Source: a virus
Lineage: Duplodnaviria; Heunggongvirae; Uroviricota; Caudoviricetes
IMG/VR virus record: IMGVR_UViG_3300005076_000001
Coordinates: 23,361 to 87,360 of that record
Strand: one strand, 5' to 3'
DNA length: 64,000 bases
In this document: piece by piece, positions 38,052-46,592 of the stretch
Numbering within the stretch: the stretch's first letter is position 1
How the letters are laid out: the number at the start of each line of letters is the position of its first letter
Translations under genes and position numbers: made by a program
Notes under the pieces: generated by a model
What the model was told of the DNA's origin: nothing
Database searches by the model: none
The model's input: only the letters and a program-made list of their open reading frames with translations

Positions 38052-38277
38052 CAATCTGTTATGTGGTTCGTTACACCACCTTGCATCCCTGCAAGTGTCG
38101 GACTATATCACCATCTCTCACGAGATGCCCCCCGTTTCGAGAGCACTTGCTCCCTACGCCTTTCGGCTAGTCTCTAGGCTTTCAGCTTTCGCTGTTTAGC
38201 ACGGTAAGTTAGCTGTTCTAGCTTTCTCCGTTTAGAGGGGTTTTCAATACGCATCACTGCGCAAGGCCACAATGTCT
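38052..38277 (-). other. group I self-splicing intron (226 nt, no ORF) in DNA polymerase gene
   Basis: 5' exon ends in U (..UACUACCAU); intron starts AGACAUUGUGG (IGS GUGG pairs CCAU giving U.G); R-like GAGACUAG (plus 38167-38174) and S-like GAUAUAGUCC (plus 38100-38109) P7 elements; terminal G; splicing restores HDE motif. Confidence 0.7.
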
Positions 38278-40995
38278 ATGGTAGTAGATTACGCGTTTAA
38301 CTTCGTAACCTTTATAAATATAGTAAGGTCGCCCCTTATCGTCAATGTACATCTCGCCCAACCATGTATCCATGAAACAACAAGCAAGGTCACAAGCAAT
38401 AGCACCACCAGACTGCATGATGATATTAATCAGGCTGTGTTTACTGCGTGTGTTCAGCAACCGTCCATCAATAGCAGGCAGGTGTTTCTTCTTGCCCTTG
38501 GTTTCCCAATACTTCTCCACATTCTCCTTCAGAGCCTTCAGCGCAGGGTTTGAGTCCCAGAACGCATCGTACAGTCGCTTACCTTCTGCCTCCGGCTTAC
38601 CAAGCGTTGTGGCCAGTTTCTTAGGTGAAGAACCATACAACACTGCGTAGCCACCGCTTTTTGCTTTGTTACGCCAAGGTTTGAAACGCGGGTCATCCTT
38701 GTTAAAGTCCACAGCCTTGTAGTCAAAGCCTTTCGTCTCTTCTGGGAAGAAGCTGCATGCCACTTTACTGTGAACATCACCCTCAAGCAACTCTTTTGCG
38801 TATGCACCGTTGTCGTACTTGTGCGTATTACCTGTAATGGTGATGGTGTTGCCCTGCTTCATGACCCAACTACCATGTTTTGTCTTTGGGCACCACACTT
38901 CCTCTGTGCCATAGTAAGATACTGCCATACGCTGCATGGTCACAAAACCTTTCCTGTTCACAGTGACAGTGTTATGTTTACAGCGTACATATTCTCTTGT
39001 AGCAACCGTCAGCATAGCGTCTGTAGCAAGGTACGTGGCGGTCAGGGCGGCATCAAAGTGCTTGCCTTCATTCTGAGAGAATCTCCACCGACCATCCGGA
39101 TTTCCAGCACAAACCTTGTGTGCATTTTCTCCTTCAAAATGACCATCTGCTACCAAGAAACCCTCCAACCACCTTTGCGTTTCTGCCAGTGATTGTTGAC
39201 AGATTCGTTCAGTCCAGTCAATAGAATACTTACCTTTTGCAAACTGCATGTCACAACCGCTGTAGTCGAGTGTTGGTGCATTTACAATAATGTTACAACA
39301 TGTATTCAAGTCTTTTGTCTCAACAACTCTGTCCTCGTAAGTTCGTTTTTGCGTGTTTCTGTATTTTACAAACCACCTGTGGTTGGCAGTTGCTCGTACA
39401 GAAAAATGCGAGTTGCTAATAGTATATGTTTCGGCATCAGAGAACTTGTGCTTGCTTTCTAGTGGTGTCCACTCTTTCTTTTTAGTCTCTGGGTTATATG
39501 CAAGTATATCTTCACCAATGACAAGCTCATTAAAAAACTTCCAACCTGTACGGGTTAGTGCTTGTGCCGACATTGGGACGCAATAATGGCCTGTAATGCG
39601 TTGTTCCAAACCACTGCTGTCAGAGGCTGCAATAACGAAGCCATCTTCAGCACAAAACAAACGCCTAAACTCTTCACCATACACACTACCGACACGAGGC
39701 ACGTTGCAAATTTCACTATGCGCTTGACGATGTGTGTTGGTAATTTTTGTGCTCTTAGGGTTTAGTCGTCCATCCCAATCAAGACGCCACACACCCAACC
39801 AACCCTCAAGCACAGAGAGACGATTACGCAAAGACAGAAAGCGAACAACGTCTTTAGCCAACTCACCTTCAAGAATTTCAAGATTAGGACACAGCTTGCC
39901 CATCTCCTGTAGCTTCGGTGATGTTTGGATAACATCTTTTGTACGCTCGTCTCTGACAGCTTTGCCTTTTGCGTCCTTCTTAATGTTCCAGAAAGTAGGC
40001 ACCCAACCATGCTCTTCTTGTAGCCAAGTTTTCAGATCGTCTTGGTGTTTAAGTTCCATTGGAAGCATAACGTCAAGAACAAGGTTGCCAACAACTTTAT
40101 ACTGCTTACCGTAAAACTCAACAACACCTGTGCTCACCTCTTTACCGTTATGCTTTGCAATAAAGTTTTGCATATGGTGTGAGTAAGAGCCGTCTTTCTT
40201 GTAAGGGTTTTTAGGAAGTGTGTATTCCTTTTCTTCACCTTTGTTCGGACTGCGTGGTGGCAGCTTAGGCTCAACCTTCTCCTTGAGTTCTTCAATCTCT
40301 TTCTCAAGGCGTTCTTTCACCTCAAGAGCAAGCTTCTTGTCAAAAGCATGACCCGTAAACTCTTGTGCTTTCATGAGGAAGAAGCTTTTCTGCCCCATGC
40401 GATAGCTAGGGTGAACCCACGCATCACCGTACATGTCAACAGCCTTACGCCATAGATCGAAGAACACAACAATGTTTGCGTCAACGTCTTGGTCACAATA
40501 CTCTTCCATCAACGGGTGATAGAAAGAAAACTCATGTCCTTTTGTTTCATTGCCAACCATCACACCAATGTCTACGAGGCGCTGGCGATAGTCGATCTTG
40601 TGACTACCAGCTTTGCGCGACAAAGCATCCAAACTGTGTGACTCAAGATCAGGTTCAAGGTACATGGATAGGTAGAGTGTGTCCCAAAACACCACCTCAA
40701 TACCTGCCAGCGTGTCTTTGCCTTTTTTGCCGACGCGAGGTTGTAGGTCGAAATGCTTCCACAACACCCACACATCATAGCCCAAGATATTGTGGCCTAC
40801 GATCAGCGGTTTATCAAACTGAGACAAAAAGTCTACAACGGCTTGTCTCACTTCCTCTTTTGTCATCTGGAACGGACGAAGGCTCAGTATCTTACTGCCA
40901 TCTGCTGTCTTCCAACGCATATACCACACTTGCTTTGATTGCAAATAGAGGTTGTCTGCCTCAATGTCAAATACAATGATGTTACTCCTGTCCAT
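38278..40995 (-). CDS. DNA polymerase, family A (T7 gp5-like) exon 1, with 3'-5' exo domain and an in-frame intein
   Basis: Exo I NIIVFDIEADN, Exo II HNILGYD; motif A DSSGLEQRI; motif B RNKAKSGGYAVLYG; start ATG 40995 with AGGAGAAAG RBS; ORF reads through into intron to TGA 38254. Confidence 0.85.
38827..39582 (-). mobile_element. intein (252 aa) with LAGLIDADG-type motif inserted after pol motif A
   Basis: Begins Cys right after ...EQRITGHY; block B TANHRWF; LEGFLVADGHFEG; ends ...ITITGN followed by Thr; flanks align contiguously to T7 gp5 (AHFMARFDNGEYAHEILNGDIHTK vs GHY/THKYDNGAYAKELLEGDVHSK). Confidence 0.75.
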
Positions 40996-41024
40996 ACTTT
41001 CTCCTCTGTAAACACTCACAAGAA

Positions 41025-41047
41025 GGGACAGCACTATCGCCTGTCCC
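41025..41047 (-). promoter_or_regulatory. 5' UTR hairpin of DNA polymerase mRNA
   Basis: GGGACAG-9nt-CTGTCCC perfect stem between promoter and RBS. Confidence 0.35.
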
Positions 41048-41062
41048 TTTCAATCAGTAGTC

Positions 41063-41091
41063 ACATTACCACAGAAACGTCTATTTGTCAA
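41063..41091 (-). promoter_or_regulatory. early promoter TTGACAAATAGAC...TCTGTGG-TAATGT (minus strand) for DNA polymerase
   Basis: minus-strand TTGACA (plus 41086-41091) N17 TAATGT (plus 41063-41068). Confidence 0.5.
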
Positions 41092-41095
41092 GCTG

Positions 41096-41338
41096 TCAAA
41101 GGGTTGTCCACCAATCTGGAACATAACCCATTGCCACGTCCTTCTTACCTTCTTGTTTGCAGTTTGGACACTCTTTCAACTTAACGTCACCACTTAGCGA
41201 CCACTGATGGTTACAAATCTTACAACGACAATACGTTTGCATCCACAACTGCTTGATAGATACACTACTGTCTTCCGCTGTGAATTTAATCATGTTTTGT
41301 TTCTCCTTTACGATATTTCTCCGTGAACTCATCAACAC
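41096..41338 (-). CDS. Zn-ribbon protein
   Basis: CRCKICNH...CPNCK paired Cys motifs. Confidence 0.3.
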   Translation of the reverse strand: MLMSSRRNIVKEKQNMIKFTAEDSSVSIKQLWMQTYCRCKICNHQWSLSGDVKLKECPNCKQEGKKDVAMGYVPDWWTTL

Positions 41339-41624
41339 TCTTTTTCAACTCAGACATGTTCCGCTTGTGTGCATGATAGCGACGTTCACTATCCTTCTCT
41401 GCCTCTTCTTTCGTAGCAAACAAGAAACGCTCTTCAATTGTGTCAAAATAATTATCAATGTGCGTAAACACTTTAACAACGTAATGCACATGCTCAGAAA
41501 CATCGTTATCAAAGAATGGCGTTACGACAACAACGTCATAGGCTTCTTGGGGTTTGCTAGGCCACAGCTTCATAGCATCTGCTGTACGCCACAGAACATC
41601 ACCTGCTTTGTATTTCGGGTTCAT
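41286..41624 (-). CDS. hypothetical protein (copy B1 of duplicated cassette)
   Basis: 112 aa; paralog of 41983..42360 (PKYKAGDVLWRT, YIDNYF, ERFLFATKEEAEKDSERRYHAHKR). Confidence 0.4.
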   Translation of the reverse strand: MNPKYKAGDVLWRTADAMKLWPSKPQEAYDVVVVTPFFDNDVSEHVHYVVKVFTHIDNYFDTIEERFLFATKEEAEKDSERRYHAHKRNMSELKKSVDEFTEKYRKGETKHD

Positions 41625-41887
41625 ACTTCATCTCCAATAATACCTTCTGGCAAAAGTTGTTCTGTGAACACCAACACTGTTGGTTCTTCTTCCATAAACG
41701 GAACAGCAACGTGCTCCTCTTCAAACACAGCAAGCTGTTCCATCATGTCCTCTTTCTTCCCAAAAATAGCTTCCCAGCCTTTAGCATATTTCTCTTGACC
41801 AGAAGCTTTTGTCTTAATCAAATCCACTGTGCTGTCATCCAGCAATCCTGTGGTCTCAATATCAAAACACCATGCTCCCTTGTCCAT
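41621..41887 (-). CDS. hypothetical protein (copy A1 of duplicated cassette)
   Basis: start ATG 41887 with AAAGGAGAACAG RBS; paralog of 42344..42604 (DLIKTKASGQEKYAKGWEAIFGKK). Confidence 0.4.
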   Translation of the reverse strand: MDKGAWCFDIETTGLLDDSTVDLIKTKASGQEKYAKGWEAIFGKKEDMMEQLAVFEEEHVAVPFMEEEPTVLVFTEQLLPEGIIGDEV

Positions 41888-41965
41888 CTGTTCTCCTTTT
41901 GTAACATTGTTTGCAACGAGGGGCGTGTGACGAACGCAGGGAGCCACACACCCTTCCAAACAACT

Positions 41966-41993
41966 AATGTAACACAGAATGTCTATTTGTCAA
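41966..41993 (-). promoter_or_regulatory. early promoter TTGACAAATAGAC...TCTGTG-TACATT (minus strand)
   Basis: near-identical to pol promoter; minus-strand TTGACA (plus 41988-41993) N16 TACATT. Confidence 0.45.
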
Positions 41994-42360
41994 GAACGGT
42001 ACGTGCTTGTGCAGCCTTTGCTGCAAGCTCTTGCCCACGCTTCTTAGCTTCAGCCAACACACGCTTGTGTGCATGGTAACGCTTCTCACTATCTTTAACA
42101 GCTTCTTCTGCTGTCTCAAACAGACAACGCTCTGGGACAATGCAGAAATAATTGTCAATGTAAGTGTAGACAGTGCAAACATACCACACTTGGCTGTCAA
42201 CATCATGCTTGTCAAGAACAGCTGTCACTTGAACGTCATACGCTTCTTTAGCAGGCTTCTCTCCAACTTTCCACCAAATGTTTTCTGCGTCGCTTGTACG
42301 CCAAACAATTTTACCAATGTTGTATTTTGGGACAATAACTTTATCATTGTTCATTTTCAA
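41983..42360 (-). CDS. hypothetical protein (copy B2)
   Basis: 125 aa paralog of B1. Confidence 0.4.
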   Translation of the reverse strand: MKMNNDKVIVPKYNIGKIVWRTSDAENIWWKVGEKPAKEAYDVQVTAVLDKHDVDSQVWYVCTVYTYIDNYFCIVPERCLFETAEEAVKDSEKRYHAHKRVLAEAKKRGQELAAKAAQARTVLDK

Positions 42361-42604
42361 TCATCCCTTGTGGCAACAAGCCTTCTACAAACTCTTGCAC
42401 ATACGGAACACACTCAACATCGCCCTCCGGTGTTTCAAGAATAAAACGAGCGTCTTTGGAAGAAATGGTTTGTTCCTCTTGTTTCTTCCCAAAAATACGT
42501 TCCCAATTATCTGCATATGCTTTCTGAGAAGAAGCTTTGCTTTTAATCAAATCCCCTGTTACATCGTTTACAGATGTTTTGAATTTCTCTACATCTTTAG
42601 CCAT
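42344..42604 (-). CDS. hypothetical protein (copy A2)
   Basis: 86 aa paralog of A1. Confidence 0.4.
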   Translation of the reverse strand: MAKDVEKFKTSVNDVTGDLIKSKASSQKAYADNWERIFGKKQEEQTISSKDARFILETPEGDVECVPYVQEFVEGLLPQGMIENEQ

Positions 42605-42616
42605 GTTCTTTCTCCT

Positions 42617-43627
42617 TTACGCGTCTTTGTTCTTCAACAGATATGCGTTGCTAATTGCTTTAAAGCTGAAATCACTTGTCAGATGTTTGAACACCAACCC
42701 TTCACGCTTAACACCCTTGTTCATACCTTCGCCTTCGGCCATTTCCAAGAGTTGTTTTACGTCATGTACAAGAACGTATTTGGCGTTAAACACAGGTACA
42801 TGAGGAATACCAAGTTGCTTGCACAAAGCAGCACGCTCCTCTGGAAGCAAATACTGGCGCTTATCAATGTCGTAAACATCGTAAACAAACATGCACAGCT
42901 TGTCAACCTTCTCCCAATTACCTTGAATGTTTGTGTTCAGCATCTCACCTTGGATTGCAAGTTGACGCCCTGTGGAACGGATTTTCTCGTGCAAATTCTC
43001 TTGTTTAGCAATAATCCAGAATGCACTATCACCCTCTTGCAAATCTAGATTGCGACTGCACACACCTTCACGCCAAACATTATCTTCATTCACACTGTAC
43101 ACAGTGATGGAACTTCCGTCAAGTTTCAACGTAACCTCAAATTCTTCACCTTGCATTTGCTCGATAATACGGGACAAATTTTGAACACGTTCTTGGTCTG
43201 TCTTAGGGATGAATGATGGGAAATTCCCTCGTGCCAAACCTGCAAGCTGTGGAGAAATCGGTTTGTCCCACTTCTTGATACCCAGAATCTCGGCGACATC
43301 TGCGCCTTCTTCAAATACATAATCAGCGAAATCTAGAATACTCATTGGTAGCAATAATCCTTGGCTGACAACACCTCGCAGTTTCTTGGTGCGCAGACGA
43401 GCACCTTCTACACCTTCAAACTCTTTACCCTCAAACAAGAAAGAAGCAAGCTCTTTTGGCATCCAAGAATCAATCTCAAAATACACAGCCAAATCGCCTG
43501 CTTTAAACTCTCCCTTCTTAATTACGACATTCCAACCGCCAACGATAGCACACTCAATTGCATCAGCGTCTTTGATAGGTACAACGTCATCAATACGGCG
43601 TACAGTGGCAAGTTTGCGTTCACTCAT
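42617..43627 (-). CDS. ATP-dependent RNA ligase-like nucleotidyltransferase (N-terminal OB-like domain + KxDG NTase)
   Basis: Motif I EVTLKLDGSSITVY (K-x-D-G) resembling T4 Rnl1 KEDGSL; ~150 aa N-terminal domain as in DraRnl-type ligases; separate from the DNA ligase at 58932. Confidence 0.5.
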   Translation of the reverse strand: MSERKLATVRRIDDVVPIKDADAIECAIVGGWNVVIKKGEFKAGDLAVYFEIDSWMPKELASFLFEGKEFEGVEGARLRTKKLRGVVSQGLLLPMSILDFADYVFEEGADVAEILGIKKWDKPISPQLAGLARGNFPSFIPKTDQERVQNLSRIIEQMQGEEFEVTLKLDGSSITVYSVNEDNVWREGVCSRNLDLQEGDSAFWIIAKQENLHEKIRSTGRQLAIQGEMLNTNIQGNWEKVDKLCMFVYDVYDIDKRQYLLPEERAALCKQLGIPHVPVFNAKYVLVHDVKQLLEMAEGEGMNKGVKREGLVFKHLTSDFSFKAISNAYLLKNKDA

Positions 43628-43628
43628 T

Positions 43629-44021
43629 TCATTCTCCTTTACTTAAAATATAAACATCAGCTTGTGCCAACGAACACAAAGCTTCTTCCTTAATATGCAT
43701 ATATTGCATTGTATACAGCTTCATTGCATTACACAAGAACGAAGACATGCGAGAGCAAGCTTGGTGTATTTCTTCTTCGTTATTTCCGTTCAATGCCTCT
43801 ACAATGCGAAAACATTGTACAACAGACTCTGTTGGAATGTCAACAGATGGGTTGTCACTTGTTACATGCCTCAGCTCAAAGAACATCTTAGAAGCTGTCT
43901 TTCGTACAAACACAATCCGGAAAGAACATCCATTTAACACAATCCCTATGTCATTTGGAACATTGTGTGCTAATGAACACAACAACATTTTCAATAACTT
44001 TTCTGGAGAGCTTGTTTTCAT
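43629..44021 (-). CDS. hypothetical protein
   Basis: 130 aa ORF. Confidence 0.3.
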   Translation of the reverse strand: MKTSSPEKLLKMLLCSLAHNVPNDIGIVLNGCSFRIVFVRKTASKMFFELRHVTSDNPSVDIPTESVVQCFRIVEALNGNNEEEIHQACSRMSSFLCNAMKLYTMQYMHIKEEALCSLAQADVYILSKGE

Positions 44022-44335
44022 GACGCATATTCCGAAGGAATGTTCCCTTTCAATTGGTTGATGATAGCGGAAATATCTATCGGCTTTTCCAACAACACCT
44101 CACCCTCAGAGGCATACGCGGCTTTCAAAACAGCCTCATGCACAGCTTCCGCCACAGTTTGCAGGGCTTCGTCAGTGTATAGCTGACGTACTTCGTAACC
44201 GAATTCCTTGATAAGATGTGGGTCTGGTGCAGTAAGCCACCGCGAAACATCTCCGTTATGATTCCTTCGGAACTGGTGATGTGCTGGCTCAATTTTGTTC
44301 ATATTAATTCTCCTTACGCAAAATACGTTCTGCAA
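44018..44335 (-). CDS. hypothetical protein
   Basis: 105 aa ORF. Confidence 0.3.
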   Translation of the reverse strand: MQNVFCVRRINMNKIEPAHHQFRRNHNGDVSRWLTAPDPHLIKEFGYEVRQLYTDEALQTVAEAVHEAVLKAAYASEGEVLLEKPIDISAIINQLKGNIPSEYAS

Positions 44336-44744
44336 TATCTCTATTCACAGGGCAATCGAATGCTGTCCAATACAAAGCGTTACGCTCTGCTTCGATGAGA
44401 CGTTGTTTAAGTTGTTCGTTTTCTTGTTGAAGCTGCAAAACAACATCATCCATCAGGTCGTGGTAGCCTCTGTTTTTCAGACGAAGAAAACCTCCCCACA
44501 CCGTTACATCCTTTTCTTCGTAAAAATCAATGATGACAAAATTCCCTGTTGTACCTTTCACAATGAAGGTGGAATCCAGATCACTAATGTACCAACCATA
44601 CCAATCTCCTCGTGTGGCAAGTACATTTTTCTTATGCTCCTCTGTGAACACAACCACATCACCTTTCTTAAACATTCTCTTTCTCCTCTTTGTTAGTAGC
44701 TTGCTGCAACACCCCAAAACAACGAACAACGTCAGCATAGCCAA
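44304..44744 (-). CDS. hypothetical protein (MFKKGD N-terminal domain; probable start at 44672)
   Basis: internal MFKKGDVVVF matches N-terminus of 30939..31526. Confidence 0.3.
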   Translation of the reverse strand: MAMLTLFVVLGCCSKLLTKRRKRMFKKGDVVVFTEEHKKNVLATRGDWYGWYISDLDSTFIVKGTTGNFVIIDFYEEKDVTVWGGFLRLKNRGYHDLMDDVVLQLQQENEQLKQRLIEAERNALYWTAFDCPVNRDIAERILRKEN

Positions 44745-44868
44745 TACTCTTCAAATGTGCAAGCAATTTCTTGCGTTGTGTTGTAATGTGTCGTTGTGTT
44801 GTAACATCCCCGTCTTCTACAATGAGACGTGCATTATTTTCCAATTGTACGTGCCATATCAGCTTCAT
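44668..44868 (-). CDS. hypothetical protein
   Basis: 66 aa ORF. Confidence 0.25.
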   Translation of the reverse strand: MKLIWHVQLENNARLIVEDGDVTTQRHITTQRKKLLAHLKSIGYADVVRCFGVLQQATNKEEKENV

Positions 44869-45050
44869 TTCAAAAACACCTCACGGGCCAGTTTGAAAAA
44901 GAACTCTTGTGCATCTCTTTCTTCCTCACACATATCTCCTTTATGAACAATCTCCCCACAAGGCGTTTTAATGTCGTAGCTACCTGTGTTGTGATTATAC
45001 CACATTTCAAAACCCATAGCACGTACAATGTCAGATGCTTCTAGTTTCAT
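44865..45050 (-). CDS. hypothetical protein
   Basis: 61 aa ORF. Confidence 0.25.
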   Translation of the reverse strand: MKLEASDIVRAMGFEMWYNHNTGSYDIKTPCGEIVHKGDMCEEERDAQEFFFKLAREVFLK

Positions 45051-45224
45051 TTAGTTTCTCCAATGTTAAACAGTTTCATAAGGCTTCGTTGTACAACGTC
45101 AAAGACATTATACACGAATGTTGCGTACATGTGCAAGAGGGACATTTACTCTCCTTCCGTTCTGTTGATGTGCTCAATATAGAGGATGGGTGGAGGAATG
45201 TCAAGCACAATTTGCAAAAGAAAA

Positions 45225-45248
45225 AGAGCATACAGAAATGTATGCTCT
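45225..45248 (-). terminator. minus-strand terminator (conserved AGAGCATACA hairpin family)
   Basis: AGAGCATACA-gaaa-TGTATGCTCT; on minus strand followed by TTTTTCTTTT; 10 nt downstream of HEG stop. Confidence 0.6.
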
Positions 45249-45257
45249 TGAAGGTTG

Positions 45258-46568
45258 TTACACACGTTCCTTTACAGAGTAGCTCATCAGTGCGTGATAC
45301 GCAGCGGGAATGATATGCTCTTTCCATTTCTCAGCAAGACGTCTGGCATAAGCTTCTTTGCAACCACAATATGCTTCATGGGCTTCCTCTTGAGTTGGGA
45401 AGAATCCAAGGTATTCCCTACCTTTCTCTGTGTTGCAACGAGCAATGTACCCAACTGTCTCATTAGGTGTTTTAGGCTCAATGATGTGTACACCACGCAA
45501 GAACTTGGAGTCGCTCGGCTCGATGAGGAACTTGTTAACTTCTGATGGTAGGAAACAACAGCCTTCTGGCCCGTACACTTTGTTGTTAGGAATCAACAGG
45601 TCTTTGTCAAGTTCAAACTTAGGTAGTTGCCAGTTTGGTTGTGCCAAACCCCATTCAGCGAAGTTATGAAAATTCCACCACCTTTGGTCTACCTCTTTAT
45701 CCTCATAGCTTCTACCTGTTGGTTTTTGCAACTCAAACTCATTGTAACAGCGACTGAACATCCTTACCCAATAACCGTACATCCGCTCTGGTGCATGTTC
45801 ACCACGCTTGCTGCCGCGAGGAACAAACCTGCCAACACCAAAGAAACCTCTACCCTCTACAGACGGCTGCGTTGGTGGTTTAATACCGCCACTCAAAATA
45901 TTAGCAGAAGCATTCCAAGACTCGCTACCATCTTGCCATCGAATGAGAACGTCATGTGGCCCTTCGTAGCCAATAACTTCGCCTTCCCAACCGCTATTTG
46001 TTTTGAACTTTTGCCCAATACGGACAGCGCCTGTCGGATGCCTTACATTACCTTCTTTTAGGTTGTTCCAAGAAGTAACAACTTCACTTCCATCCTCAAA
46101 GGCAACTAGAATCTTTGTGGCGTTTACAAACTGTTTAACCACAACACTCCCGTAGTTGTTCGTAGAGAATACAGTACCAATCTCCGGTTTGCTCTTGGTT
46201 GGATGGCGATTGTGCCCTTGTCGAAGAACTGCAATGTTGGTAGTATGCTCCGTTCCATCGCTCAACCACTTAACACGCATCTCGGAGTTTTTCAATACTT
46301 CCACAATCTCAACAACATCACCGTCATGGCAAGGGAATTGTTGCCCAACGTAAGGCTTACCGAACGTAGGATGAAGTGGGCGCTGTTGTTTAATATAAGT
46401 GCCGGTGGTTGTCACAATAGCCCCGTCAAGGTCGAAACGAACGTCAATGTCCTTTCTTCCTCGGTATGCAACAATCTCAACTTCAAGCCCCTGTTTGTTT
46501 GTATAGCGATAGCCTACAAAATAGGCACCTTTCCTACTACCCATATACCCTCCCAATAAATAAGCCAA
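45258..46568 (-). CDS. HNH-type homing endonuclease with four N-terminal ~50 aa tandem repeats and C-terminal AP2 domain
   Basis: Repeats ending in (R/L)HP; nuclease-like WWNFHNFAEW...LDKDLLIPNNKVYGPEGCCFLPSEVN; AP2-like GREYLGFFPTQEEAHEAY; paralog of 33953..34585. Confidence 0.5.
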   Translation of the reverse strand: MAYLLGGYMGSRKGAYFVGYRYTNKQGLEVEIVAYRGRKDIDVRFDLDGAIVTTTGTYIKQQRPLHPTFGKPYVGQQFPCHDGDVVEIVEVLKNSEMRVKWLSDGTEHTTNIAVLRQGHNRHPTKSKPEIGTVFSTNNYGSVVVKQFVNATKILVAFEDGSEVVTSWNNLKEGNVRHPTGAVRIGQKFKTNSGWEGEVIGYEGPHDVLIRWQDGSESWNASANILSGGIKPPTQPSVEGRGFFGVGRFVPRGSKRGEHAPERMYGYWVRMFSRCYNEFELQKPTGRSYEDKEVDQRWWNFHNFAEWGLAQPNWQLPKFELDKDLLIPNNKVYGPEGCCFLPSEVNKFLIEPSDSKFLRGVHIIEPKTPNETVGYIARCNTEKGREYLGFFPTQEEAHEAYCGCKEAYARRLAEKWKEHIIPAAYHALMSYSVKERV

Positions 46569-46592
46569 CCCGAAGGTTGGCCTTTAGCTTGA

